The translations under genes were made by a program, and so were the position numbers. Shown here in pieces: positions 8,976-16,577 of a stretch of 16,577 bases of DNA; the stretch's first letter is position 1, and each line of letters begins with the position of its first letter. The DNA is taken from NCBI GenBank assembly GCA_034717975.1, contig JAYEMF010000061.1, positions 1 to 16,577 of the forward strand, read 5' to 3'. Origin of the DNA: Campylobacterota bacterium. GTDB lineage: Bacteria > Campylobacterota > Campylobacteria > Campylobacterales > Sulfurimonadaceae. The notes beneath the pieces were generated by a model that made no database searches, had not been told where the DNA came from, and saw only the letters and a list, made by a program, of their open reading frames with translations.

Positions 8976-9503
8976 ATGGAAACCTCATTTGCTATATTTC
9001 AGGAGACAGAAGTACCTGAAAATGAGCTCATCATCTCACGTACTGATCTCTCTGGTATCATCACCTATGTCAATGATACCTTTGCAGAGATTTCAGGCTA
9101 CGATAACGATGAACTGATCGGCCAATCACACAACATTTTACGTCATCCCGATATGCCGCACAGTGTCTTCAAAACATTGTGGGATACCATCGAAGCTGGA
9201 AACAGCTGGGAAGGCTACGTCAAAAACCGACGCAAAGACAACGGCTACTACTGGGTCTATGCAAACATCAGCGGTGTCTATAAAGACGGGAAGCTGGTCG
9301 AGTATAAATCCCTGCGTTCATTTGTACCAAAAGCAAAACGTGACGAGGTCCAAAAAGTCTATGATGAACTGCGCCAAAATGAAGGAGACACTGTACGTAC
9401 AGTCACCTACCTTCCTGCCGATCTTTACACATCATTGAAACTCGAAGCCAGCGACAGCGGTCAGTCAATCGACGATCTTGTAATCGCTAAACTAAGTAAA
9501 TAA
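8976..9503 (+). CDS. Aer/CetB-type PAS (probable FAD-binding) protein with a C-terminal ribbon-helix-helix-like segment
   Basis: ATG at 8976 follows SD AAGGAG overlapping the napD stop; the ORF-track start at 8805 overlaps napD and is rejected. IISRTDLSGIITYVNDTFAEISGY...HNILRHPDMP...LWDTI...WEGYVKNRRKDNGYYWV is the Aer PAS signature. Tail: VRTVTYLPADLYTSLKLEASDSGQSIDDLVIAKL. Confidence 0.9.
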   Translation: METSFAIFQETEVPENELIISRTDLSGIITYVNDTFAEISGYDNDELIGQSHNILRHPDMPHSVFKTLWDTIEAGNSWEGYVKNRRKDNGYYWVYANISGVYKDGKLVEYKSLRSFVPKAKRDEVQKVYDELRQNEGDTVRTVTYLPADLYTSLKLEASDSGQSIDDLVIAKLSK

Positions 9504-9520
9504 GGCCCTTTAAGGGTCTT
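9502..9520 (+). terminator. Possible terminator/stem-loop ending the nap-PAS transcript
   Basis: AAGGCCC-TTTAA-GGGTCTT hairpin at the stop codon. The U-tract is weak and displaced. Confidence 0.45.
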
Positions 9521-9546
9521 GTCACTCCTCATTTTTATCTTTCACA

Positions 9547-9560
9547 TTGACCTAAGTCAA
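9547..9560. promoter_or_regulatory. Fnr/Dnr/Nss-type binding site TTGAC-CTAA-GTCAA upstream of the cytochrome c553 gene
   Basis: Perfect TTGAC-N4-GTCAA, 22 nt upstream of TATAAT (centre about -41.5 if +1 is near 9595). Confidence 0.9.
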
Positions 9561-9582
9561 AGGTATTATCCTCATATTAAAC

Positions 9583-9588
9583 TATAAT
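9583..9588 (+). promoter_or_regulatory. sigma70 -10 element (TATAAT) of the cytochrome c553 gene
   Basis: Consensus hexamer at class-II spacing from the Fnr-type box. SD AAGGA at 9605-9609. Confidence 0.75.
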
Positions 9589-9615
9589 CAAACCAACATT
9601 ACAAAAGGAAAATAG

Positions 9616-9909
9616 ATGAAGAAAGTACTTCTCGCAGGTTTAATGGTAGTTGGTATGTCATCGGTAGCATTTGCAGATGGTGCAGCTGCGTATAAAAAAT
9701 GTGCAGGCTGTCACGGTGCAAACGGTGAAAAAGTAGCTCTTGGTAAAAGTAAAGTGATCAAAGATATGTCAAAAGCTGATATTGTTGCTGCTATGAAAGG
9801 CTACAAAGACGGTACTTATGGCGGTCCAATGAAAGGGTTGATGAAAGGTCAAGTTGCTTCAATGAGTGATGCCGATATTCAAGCTATCGCAGATATGATC
9901 GGAAAATAA
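9616..9909 (+). CDS. Periplasmic monoheme cytochrome c553 (class I)
   Basis: Sec signal ending AFA, CAGCH, and distal Met region GGPMKGLMKGQ, typical of epsilon c553. Confidence 0.93.
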   Translation: MKKVLLAGLMVVGMSSVAFADGAAAYKKCAGCHGANGEKVALGKSKVIKDMSKADIVAAMKGYKDGTYGGPMKGLMKGQVASMSDADIQAIADMIGK

Positions 9910-9932
9910 GTAAAAACCGAACACTCTATATT

Positions 9933-9952
9933 TGGCAGTATCCCTGCTGCCA
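9933..9952 (+). terminator. Stem-loop, probable terminator after the c553 gene
   Basis: TGGCAGTA-TCCC-TGCTGCCA 8-bp stem, with pyrimidine-rich TCTCTTTT a few nt downstream. Confidence 0.5.
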
Positions 9953-10140
9953 GAGCTGTCTCTTTTCACTCTAACATAATAATCAGTAACCGCACTACCC
10001 GTTAAATCAAACATTCATCTTGAAAAATAGAGCGTAAAATATAATTGTATTTTTACTTTAAGTCTGCAAGCTTCGATTTTATTTTTAGAATTATCGAATT
10101 GAGATGGGCGAAAGAATAGATTGCGTGAAGTGAAGAGATC

Positions 10141-10169
10141 TTGAAATATACAGGCATCACGCCTGTATA
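10141..10169 (-). terminator. Intrinsic terminator of the cold-shock gene
   Basis: Perfect 9-bp stem TATACAGGC/GCCTGTATA (10147-10169), 4 nt after the csp stop and followed by TTT on the - strand. Confidence 0.75.
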
Positions 10170-10173
10170 GAAA

Positions 10174-10392
10174 TTACATTGCTGTAACGTTTTCTGCCTG
10201 AGGGCCTTTTTGACCTTCACCGATCTCGAAAGTAACTTTCTGACCGTCTGCAAGAGAAACACGATCGTGCCCCGTGCTGTTTACTTGGCGAAAGTGTACG
10301 AATACATCGCTGCCGCCGTTATCTGGTTGGATAAATCCAAAACCTTTTTCATCATTGAACCATTTTACGGTTCCATTTTGCAATTCTGCCAT
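10174..10392 (-). CDS. Cold-shock protein (CspA family)
   Basis: [15 protein letters not shown] (RNP1), DVFVHF (RNP2) and [10 protein letters not shown]. True ATG at 10392 with SD AGAGG; the ORF-track extension to 10440 is rejected. Confidence 0.96.
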   Translation of the reverse strand: MAELQNGTVKWFNDEKGFGFIQPDNGGSDVFVHFRQVNSTGHDRVSLADGQKVTFEIGEGQKGPQAENVTAM

Positions 10393-10542
10393 GGTAATAC
10401 CTCTATATAGGAAAATACACTTCATATGAAGCGGAATCAAAATCGGGGAGTCTTTAGGTCTAGCAGAATAACTTTGTACACAATTCTATTCGTTACACAC
10501 CAAAGATGAACTCAAACCTCATCTTTCATCAGGGTTATTATA
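10393..10542 (-). promoter_or_regulatory. csp promoter (gcTATAAT at 10537-10542) and structured 5' UTR of about 140 nt
   Basis: Consensus -10 on the - strand, plus a hairpin AAAGATGA/TCATCTTT at 10502-10526 near the predicted 5' end. Long leaders are typical of cold-inducible csp genes. Confidence 0.65.
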
Positions 10543-10566
10543 GCGGTTTTTTTAGCAAAAATAGCA

Positions 10567-11115
10567 TTAAACCAAAAATGGTTTCAAAACTTCGACACTC
10601 AATCCCATTGCCGTACTCTCGAAACCTCTGACCTCTTTGATATAGGGTTTACAAAATCCCTCCACCATACATCCCCCGGCTTTCCCCCGCCATTCACCTG
10701 AATCAAGATAACGTTCCAGATCATCCTGATCGAAATCACCAAAGAGGTAGTCCGTTGAAGAGATATCGAGCAGTTCAAGTTTAGGGGTTTTATAGATCAT
10801 GCAGGTGATGATCGAGGTCACATTCCCGCTTTGTGTCATCAAGATATTTCGGGCATCATCAAGACAGCGCGCTTTGCGCAGTATCTGGTTTTGTGAGGTA
10901 ACGACCGTATCGGCGACAAGCAGAGGGTACTCTCCACAGCCGAAAGATTTGTAATTGGTTTCGTATTTTCCCAACGTTGCCTGATAGACAAAGTTTTTGG
11001 GTGAGCTGGCAATGATCTGTTCTTCATCAAAGTCGACACTCTCTTGCACAAAAGGTATACCAGCTTCACGAAGAAGCACTGCACGGGTTTGCGAAGAGGA
11101 GGCGAGCCGGATCAA
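10567..11115 (-). CDS. maf: Maf family nucleoside triphosphate pyrophosphatase
   Basis: IRLASSSQTRA, LVADTVV, GKAGG and AMGL motifs. Probable TTG start at 11115, 1 nt after the upstream TGA. Confidence 0.92.
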   Translation of the reverse strand: MIRLASSSQTRAVLLREAGIPFVQESVDFDEEQIIASSPKNFVYQATLGKYETNYKSFGCGEYPLLVADTVVTSQNQILRKARCLDDARNILMTQSGNVTSIITCMIYKTPKLELLDISSTDYLFGDFDQDDLERYLDSGEWRGKAGGCMVEGFCKPYIKEVRGFESTAMGLSVEVLKPFLV

Positions 11116-11116
11116 A

Positions 11117-11593
11117 TCAGTAGCGCAGTGTCGCACCAAGATAGATGGCAACAATACCGAGCAGAATATTTAACGGTACCATAAACGATCCGATCACTGC
11201 AAGTTTGGCTTTCGCTTCGATCAGGTTCCCCTCGTCAATAAGTTTTTGTACGCCGTTACGACGAATCACCATGGCAAGGTAGTTCAGTGCCATGACACTC
11301 CAGATCCCCTCTTTGGCAAACGCCAAAGTTTTATTCTCGCCATGATGCAGACCCATACCGATGGCCATGATCAGTGCGGTCACCAACAAGATGACAATGA
11401 ACGGGGCGACAATGGCAAAGAGTCGCTTCAGTGCATGCACCGTTCGTTCAACTCTCGCAGGCGGTTCGCGCAGTTCCATAAAAGAGTGGTGTGCCGCAAA
11501 ACGCATGGCGATCATACCGCCGACCCACACGACGGCACTTATAACATGCAGAAAAAGAATCAGTTGAGGGTATTGTTCATATAGTGCGCCCAT
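11117..11593 (-). CDS. Uncharacterised 4-TM membrane protein (CopD/DUF4149-like LHxxxxxxWxGG N-terminal motif)
   Basis: Four hydrophobic segments and the motif FLHVISAVVWVGG. TAATG overlap with the alaS stop. Confidence 0.75.
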   Translation of the reverse strand: MGALYEQYPQLILFLHVISAVVWVGGMIAMRFAAHHSFMELREPPARVERTVHALKRLFAIVAPFIVILLVTALIMAIGMGLHHGENKTLAFAKEGIWSVMALNYLAMVIRRNGVQKLIDEGNLIEAKAKLAVIGSFMVPLNILLGIVAIYLGATLRY

Positions 11594-14142
11594 TAGTTAA
11601 GCCCTTCTTTGACAAATTCCAATGCTGCCGCTTTTGCTTCAGGCAATTTGGAGGCGTCTTTACCCCCGGCCTGTGCAAAGTCCGGCCGACCGCCGCCGCC
11701 GCCGCCTAAAATTGGTGCGATGGCCTTGATCCAGTCACCAGCTTTAACAGAAGCCTCTTTGATACCTGCAGCAATAATCACCTTATCGCCTTTAACCTGG
11801 AAGAGCATTGCCGCTACCGCGTCATGTGCATTTTTCAGTTCATCGATACGTGTCTTCACGTCACCGCTTTTTATCTCTTCAACAATCACCGTAACGCCAT
11901 TGATCGCATCAGAGTGAAGCTCCTCTTTGGCAGCACTCTGTGCCTCATGAAGTTCACTCTTCAATGTTTTAACCTGCTCTTTAAGACGCTCGACACCTGC
12001 GAGTAGATCGCGGTTTTTCACAGCCTCTTCAACTTCATGCATAGTGTGACGCTGTGATTTGAAGTAGTTGTAGGCAGCATTTCCGCAAACCGCTTCGATA
12101 CGGCGAACACCGGCACTCACTCCGCTCTCTTTCACGATAATAAAGGTACCGATGGATGCCGTATTGTCAACATGTGTTCCGCCGCAGAGCTCAACCGATG
12201 CATCACCGAAACTGACCACACGGACACTATCACCATATTTTTCGCCAAACTGCGCTTTCGCACCGCTGGCTTTCGCCTCATCGATGCTCATCTCGTTGGT
12301 TTTTCTCTCAATACCGCGCAGGATCATCGTATTGACCTGCTCTTCAGCTTCGGCGATCTCCGCACTGCTCATTGCCTTCGGGTGAGAGAAGTCAAAACGC
12401 AGACGCCTGGCATCATTATATGAACCGGCCTGAGCAACATGATCACCCAAAATATCAAACAGCGTTGCATGCAGCAGGTGCGTTGCAGAGTGATGCTTCT
12501 CAATCTCTAAACGTTCGATGTCTACTTCTGACTTTACCGTCTCACCAACTTTCAAGGTCGATTCAACATGTAGATGAGAAAGGTTAAGTCCATGAAACTT
12601 TTTGGTCTCAACCACTTCGGCTTTGCCTGTTAACCTGCCGCTGTCACCGGTCTGACCGCCGCTTTCAGCATAAAATGGCGTATTATCGAGCAGTACCCAC
12701 CCTTTTTGTTCACTGTGCAGTTCATCCACCATCGAGAACTCTTCGCTTAGCAGTGCAAGCACCTTTGAATCGTGAGCCCTACCCTCGTATCCGACAAAAC
12801 TGTTTTGGCCGAATTTTTCCAGAAGTGCTTTAAAGTCACCTTCGACATGGGCATCACCACTCCCTTTCCAGGCTGCTTTGGCACGTTCACGCTGCGCTTT
12901 CATCAAGGCATTGAAACGTTCACTGTCGAGTTGAAGATTTTTTTCACGTAGCATATCTTCTGTCAGATCAAGCGGAAAGCCAAAAGTATCGTAGAGTTTA
13001 AACGCCACTTCACCGCTGAAGACTCTGTCGGTCTGTTTCAACTCTGCGTTGAAGAGAGCTATACCTGACTCGATGGTTTTAAAGAAACGCTCCTCTTCGA
13101 GCATGATCTGTTCTTCAACCACAACTGCTTTTTCGGCAAGATAGGGGTAGGAGCTTTTCATCAGCTCAACGACCGTACCGACCAGTTTATACATAAACGG
13201 TTTGGTAAATCCGAGCAGATACCCATGACGTACCGCACGGCGTAAAATACGGCGCAGGACATAACCGCGCCCCTCATTGGAGAAGTTCACACCCTGAGCC
13301 AACAAGAACAGCACGGTACGGATATGATCGGCAATCACGCGGTACGATGCGCCGCTCTCATAAACATACCCTTTACCGATCAGCTCAGCCACCTGGTTGA
13401 TGATCGGCATAAAGAGCGAAGAGTCGTAGTTGCTCGCTACTCCCTCTTGAACAGCAACTACACGTTCAAGTCCCATTCCGGTATCGATCGATGGTTTCGG
13501 AAGCGGTTTCAGTTCACCTTTCTTGTTACGCTCATACTGCATAAAGACAAGGTTCCATATCTCCAGGAACCGGTCCCCCTCACCGCCCATACGATCTTCA
13601 GGACCATTGAAACGCTCTGCCCCCTGATCAAAAAAGATCTCCGAGCATGGTCCGCACGGTCCGGTGTCGCCCATCTGCCAGAAGTTATCTTTGTCACCAA
13701 GGCGCATAATGCGGTCTTCACCCATATGACGCTGCCAAAGTTCATACGCTTCATCATCACTTTCATGAACGGTTACCCAAAGTTTCGTTTTATCGAGCTT
13801 GATGACTTCGGTGATAAATTCCCACGCATAGTCGATCGCTTCTTTTTTGAAATAATCGCCGAAACTGAAGTTGCCCAACATCTCGAAGAAAGTGTGATGG
13901 CGTGCGGTATGACCCACATTTTCAAGATCATTGTGTTTTCCGCCGGCACGTACACAGGTCTGACATGATGTCGCTCTCGGGTTTTGGGGAACCGGTACAT
14001 CACCGGTAAAAATCGATTTAAAGGGGACCATCCCTGCATTGTTAAACAGCAAGGTGGCATCATCCGGCACCAGCGGTGCACTCGCAATGCGTGCATGCTG
14101 CTTGGATTCAAAATATTTCAGATACGCTTCTCTAACGTCCAT
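11593..14142 (-). CDS. alaS: Alanine--tRNA ligase
   Basis: [38 protein letters not shown], editing motifs HSATH and CGGTH, C-terminal [16 protein letters not shown] at 14142 preferred over GTG at 14148. Confidence 0.98.
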   Translation of the reverse strand: MDVREAYLKYFESKQHARIASAPLVPDDATLLFNNAGMVPFKSIFTGDVPVPQNPRATSCQTCVRAGGKHNDLENVGHTARHHTFFEMLGNFSFGDYFKKEAIDYAWEFITEVIKLDKTKLWVTVHESDDEAYELWQRHMGEDRIMRLGDKDNFWQMGDTGPCGPCSEIFFDQGAERFNGPEDRMGGEGDRFLEIWNLVFMQYERNKKGELKPLPKPSIDTGMGLERVVAVQEGVASNYDSSLFMPIINQVAELIGKGYVYESGASYRVIADHIRTVLFLLAQGVNFSNEGRGYVLRRILRRAVRHGYLLGFTKPFMYKLVGTVVELMKSSYPYLAEKAVVVEEQIMLEEERFFKTIESGIALFNAELKQTDRVFSGEVAFKLYDTFGFPLDLTEDMLREKNLQLDSERFNALMKAQRERAKAAWKGSGDAHVEGDFKALLEKFGQNSFVGYEGRAHDSKVLALLSEEFSMVDELHSEQKGWVLLDNTPFYAESGGQTGDSGRLTGKAEVVETKKFHGLNLSHLHVESTLKVGETVKSEVDIERLEIEKHHSATHLLHATLFDILGDHVAQAGSYNDARRLRFDFSHPKAMSSAEIAEAEEQVNTMILRGIERKTNEMSIDEAKASGAKAQFGEKYGDSVRVVSFGDASVELCGGTHVDNTASIGTFIIVKESGVSAGVRRIEAVCGNAAYNYFKSQRHTMHEVEEAVKNRDLLAGVERLKEQVKTLKSELHEAQSAAKEELHSDAINGVTVIVEEIKSGDVKTRIDELKNAHDAVAAMLFQVKGDKVIIAAGIKEASVKAGDWIKAIAPILGGGGGGRPDFAQAGGKDASKLPEAKAAALEFVKEGLN

Positions 14143-14193
14143 AATCACTACTCTGTACAGGGTACTTAATCACACCCCTTATTAATTATCGCG

Positions 14194-14199
14194 ATTATA
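14194..14199 (-). promoter_or_regulatory. Probable alaS -10 element (ggTATAAT) overlapping the stop codon of the upstream EAL gene
   Basis: Consensus TATAAT about 50 nt upstream of the alaS ATG. Its TAA is the EAL gene stop at 14195-14197. Confidence 0.6.
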
Positions 14200-16558
14200 C
14201 CGAAGTCGTTGTTACAATACGCTCAAACTCGCTCATTGGCATCGGTTTATAGGCATAATAACCCTGATAGATGTCACATTTGATTTGCTTTAGATGATTC
14301 AGCGCTTCAAGGTTTTCCACTCCTTCAGCCAAAATTTTCAGATTAAACTTCTGTCCGATCGCCACAACCGATTCAACGATCATCGCATCACCCTGATTCT
14401 GATCCATATTGAGTACAAAGGCCTGGTCAATCTTGATCACATCTACCGGGAGCTGTTTCAGGTAAGCAAATGAGGAGTAGCCCGTTCCAAAATCATCAAT
14501 GGAGAAAGTGATTCCAAAATGCTTGAGTTCCTCTATCTTTCTTATCGCATCATGAATATTACGCATGATCTCACTCTCGGTCAGCTCCAGCTCGATCCAC
14601 TCCGGCTGAACCTGATGCTTGTTGACCAGGAGCATAAAGCGTTCAACAAAATAGGGCTGCAAAAAGTGTGTTGCACTGACATTGATGGCGATATGGCGTA
14701 GTGGAAAACCATCTTGCCCCTCACTCATTGCTTTAATCTCCCGCAGAGCCTGATCAAAGATCCACTCTTCGAGTTTGATAATGACCCCGCTCTCTTCAGC
14801 CACACCTATAAATTTATCTGGCGATATCGAGCCTTTTTCCGGATGAAACCATCGGATGAGCGCCTCAGCACCAATGATCTTATTGCTCTGAACGTCCAGT
14901 TGCGGCTGATAATAGATCTGGAACTCACCGTTTTTAAGCGCTTTGTGAATGTCATTCTCAATCGTGAGCTGCTCTTGGGCATGGACCCCCATCACACTAT
15001 GATAGAGTTTAATGGTATTGCGACCGCTTTTCTTGGCTTCATACATGGCAGTTTCCGAACGTTTCAGGATATCAAAAGCCGCGGTATCTGTATTATTGAA
15101 AAGCACAATCCCTATCGAAAGGCTCAAGTGGTAATCTTCACCGGCCGTCTTAAGCGGCCGGACGAAACTGCCTTTAATACTCAGGGCATGCTCCGAGGCT
15201 TCATGTTTGGCATGATCTTCGTCCATACCAAGCGAAGGTAACAGAACCACAAATTTGTCACCTCCAATGCGCGCGATGGTTTCGTTCTCTCCGATCACTT
15301 CTTCAATTTTGTACGCCACCTGCTTAAGTACCGTATCGCCTACATTGTGACCAAAAGTATCATTGACCTTTTTGAAGTTGTCGATATCAATAAAAAGCAG
15401 AGCAGCATAGTGTACCTGCACTGTATCTTTGGCGATCAGCGTGTTTAGCTTATCCATCAGCAGTGTACGGTTCGGGATCTCGGTCAGCATGTCATAATAG
15501 GCGTTGCGTACCATCTCCTCTTTGGCCGTCACCTCATCGGTAATATCGTTTATTATTGCTATCCCGCCGGTCACCTCTCCGTCGCTGTCTAGCATCGGCA
15601 CAGTCGAAAGATCGACATAAATAACATCTTCACCATAGAGTGTCTCAAAAGGACCGCGATAATTACCGGTCTGATTACGAAAAACATTTTCATGTACGTC
15701 GATAATATCACGATTTTTCAGCACATAAAGGTCCTGCCCGATCAGATCCTTTGTATACTCAACCCTGTTCATATGTTTAAACTGGGTATTGACATCCTGA
15801 AGAATCAGACTTGTATTGTAGTAATAGATGCCGACAGGTGCGCGTTCAAAAAGTGAGAAGAAACGCTCTTTGAGCTTGTCGTGGGAGTGTTTGATCGTAA
15901 TAAAATGCTGATGGTTGTTAAGCGAGTTGTTGATCACTCTGCCATAGTAGTTTGCAATCAGCACCATAATAAGCATCAGGGCGATAACAACGTAGGCAAT
16001 ATTGTTATAGATCCCACCATCCAGGAAAAAGAGACGCAAAATAAGCGGTAAAAAAGTCACCAGCACAAAACCAAGCAGCAAGTCACGTTTCGATGCCAGA
16101 ACACCCATCGACGTAAAACTGATCGCGAATAAAAAGAGCAGTACGACCATCTGATTGATCAGGTTCTCTGCCGGGAACATCAATACCGCGCTGCTTCCCC
16201 ACACAATTCCGCTGATCATGACATTCGTATAGTAGCGGTGAAGCCAGAGTCTGGCATCTTTGAGTTTATGGTATTCGCTTTCATGCCGAAACACGTAGTA
16301 GTGGTAAAAACGGTAAAGGAACATCACGAAACTGAGCAGCAGCCAGATACCGATGGAGTAGAGATCGACTGATTCCAGCTGCAGTGCACTCAGCAAAAGC
16401 GCCCCAAACATCTGGCCAATCAGCGTGATCGGCAGAGAGAGGTAAAAGAAGGTTAATTTATCATAGGCGAGGCGCTCTTCAAAAGAGACCGCTGTATTAT
16501 CGATGGCCTGATTCGAATCGTTATTAAAATTTTTATCTTGTTTCATCATCTCTGTCAT
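14195..16558 (-). CDS. Membrane-bound PAS-GGDEF-EAL c-di-GMP protein, probably a phosphodiesterase (GGDEF motif is GGDKF)
   Basis: About 5-6 N-terminal TMs, PAS (LFERAPVGIY...INDIT), DIDNFKKVND...ARIGGDKF, and intact EAL motifs EALIRW, INVS, ELTE, DDFGTGYSS, KIDQ, EGVE and QG. Confidence 0.93.
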   Translation of the reverse strand: MTEMMKQDKNFNNDSNQAIDNTAVSFEERLAYDKLTFFYLSLPITLIGQMFGALLLSALQLESVDLYSIGIWLLLSFVMFLYRFYHYYVFRHESEYHKLKDARLWLHRYYTNVMISGIVWGSSAVLMFPAENLINQMVVLLFLFAISFTSMGVLASKRDLLLGFVLVTFLPLILRLFFLDGGIYNNIAYVVIALMLIMVLIANYYGRVINNSLNNHQHFITIKHSHDKLKERFFSLFERAPVGIYYYNTSLILQDVNTQFKHMNRVEYTKDLIGQDLYVLKNRDIIDVHENVFRNQTGNYRGPFETLYGEDVIYVDLSTVPMLDSDGEVTGGIAIINDITDEVTAKEEMVRNAYYDMLTEIPNRTLLMDKLNTLIAKDTVQVHYAALLFIDIDNFKKVNDTFGHNVGDTVLKQVAYKIEEVIGENETIARIGGDKFVVLLPSLGMDEDHAKHEASEHALSIKGSFVRPLKTAGEDYHLSLSIGIVLFNNTDTAAFDILKRSETAMYEAKKSGRNTIKLYHSVMGVHAQEQLTIENDIHKALKNGEFQIYYQPQLDVQSNKIIGAEALIRWFHPEKGSISPDKFIGVAEESGVIIKLEEWIFDQALREIKAMSEGQDGFPLRHIAINVSATHFLQPYFVERFMLLVNKHQVQPEWIELELTESEIMRNIHDAIRKIEELKHFGITFSIDDFGTGYSSFAYLKQLPVDVIKIDQAFVLNMDQNQGDAMIVESVVAIGQKFNLKILAEGVENLEALNHLKQIKCDIYQGYYAYKPMPMSEFERIVTTTSV

Positions 16559-16577
16559 TAACTGCTTTTATTTATTA

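Noticed and set aside
10053..10262. 69-aa - strand ORF overlapping the csp 3' end
   Set aside because: It is out of frame with csp, crosses the csp terminator and has no recognisable motif.
11690..11707. (GGC)n run in alaS as a contingency repeat
   Set aside because: It encodes the conserved poly-Gly GGGGGGRP motif of the AlaRS C-terminal domain.
13324..13968. 214-aa antisense ORF, and other shadow ORFs such as 14714-15241 and 3889-4311
   Set aside because: They lie opposite or within well-conserved genes, carry no motifs, and are expected from codon bias.
1..16577. CRISPR array, IS/transposase, integrase, tRNA/rRNA, defence system
   Set aside because: No regularly spaced repeats, recombinase or transposase motifs, or RNA-gene signatures were seen. 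Nearly all sequence is explained by the listed genes.

Overview
Chromosomal region from a Campylobacterota (epsilon-proteobacterial) genome. The napAGHBFLD order, large NapA and alaS-maf synteny point to a Sulfurimonas/Sulfurovum-like organism; this is inference, not a database result. The + strand carries the 3' part of a Crp/Fnr (NssR/Dnr-like) regulator, a membrane protein with two NarX/PilJ-type nitrate-sensing P-boxes but no kinase or MCP signalling tip, the complete periplasmic nitrate reductase operon napAGHBFLD, an Aer-type PAS protein with a C-terminal ribbon-helix-helix-like tail, and a cytochrome c553. Near-identical TTGAC-N4-GTCAA boxes sit at about -41 from good -10 hexamers upstream of napA and the c553 gene. 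The - strand carries a cold-shock gene with a long leader, maf, a 4-TM membrane protein, alaS and a membrane PAS-GGDEF(GGDKF)-EAL protein. The best candidate for an undescribed system is a NarXL-independent nitrate/redox regulatory circuit wrapped around nap: an output-less tandem-P-box sensor, a Crp/Fnr activator with its boxes, and a PAS-RHH protein. No mobile elements, CRISPR arrays, tRNAs or rRNAs were seen.
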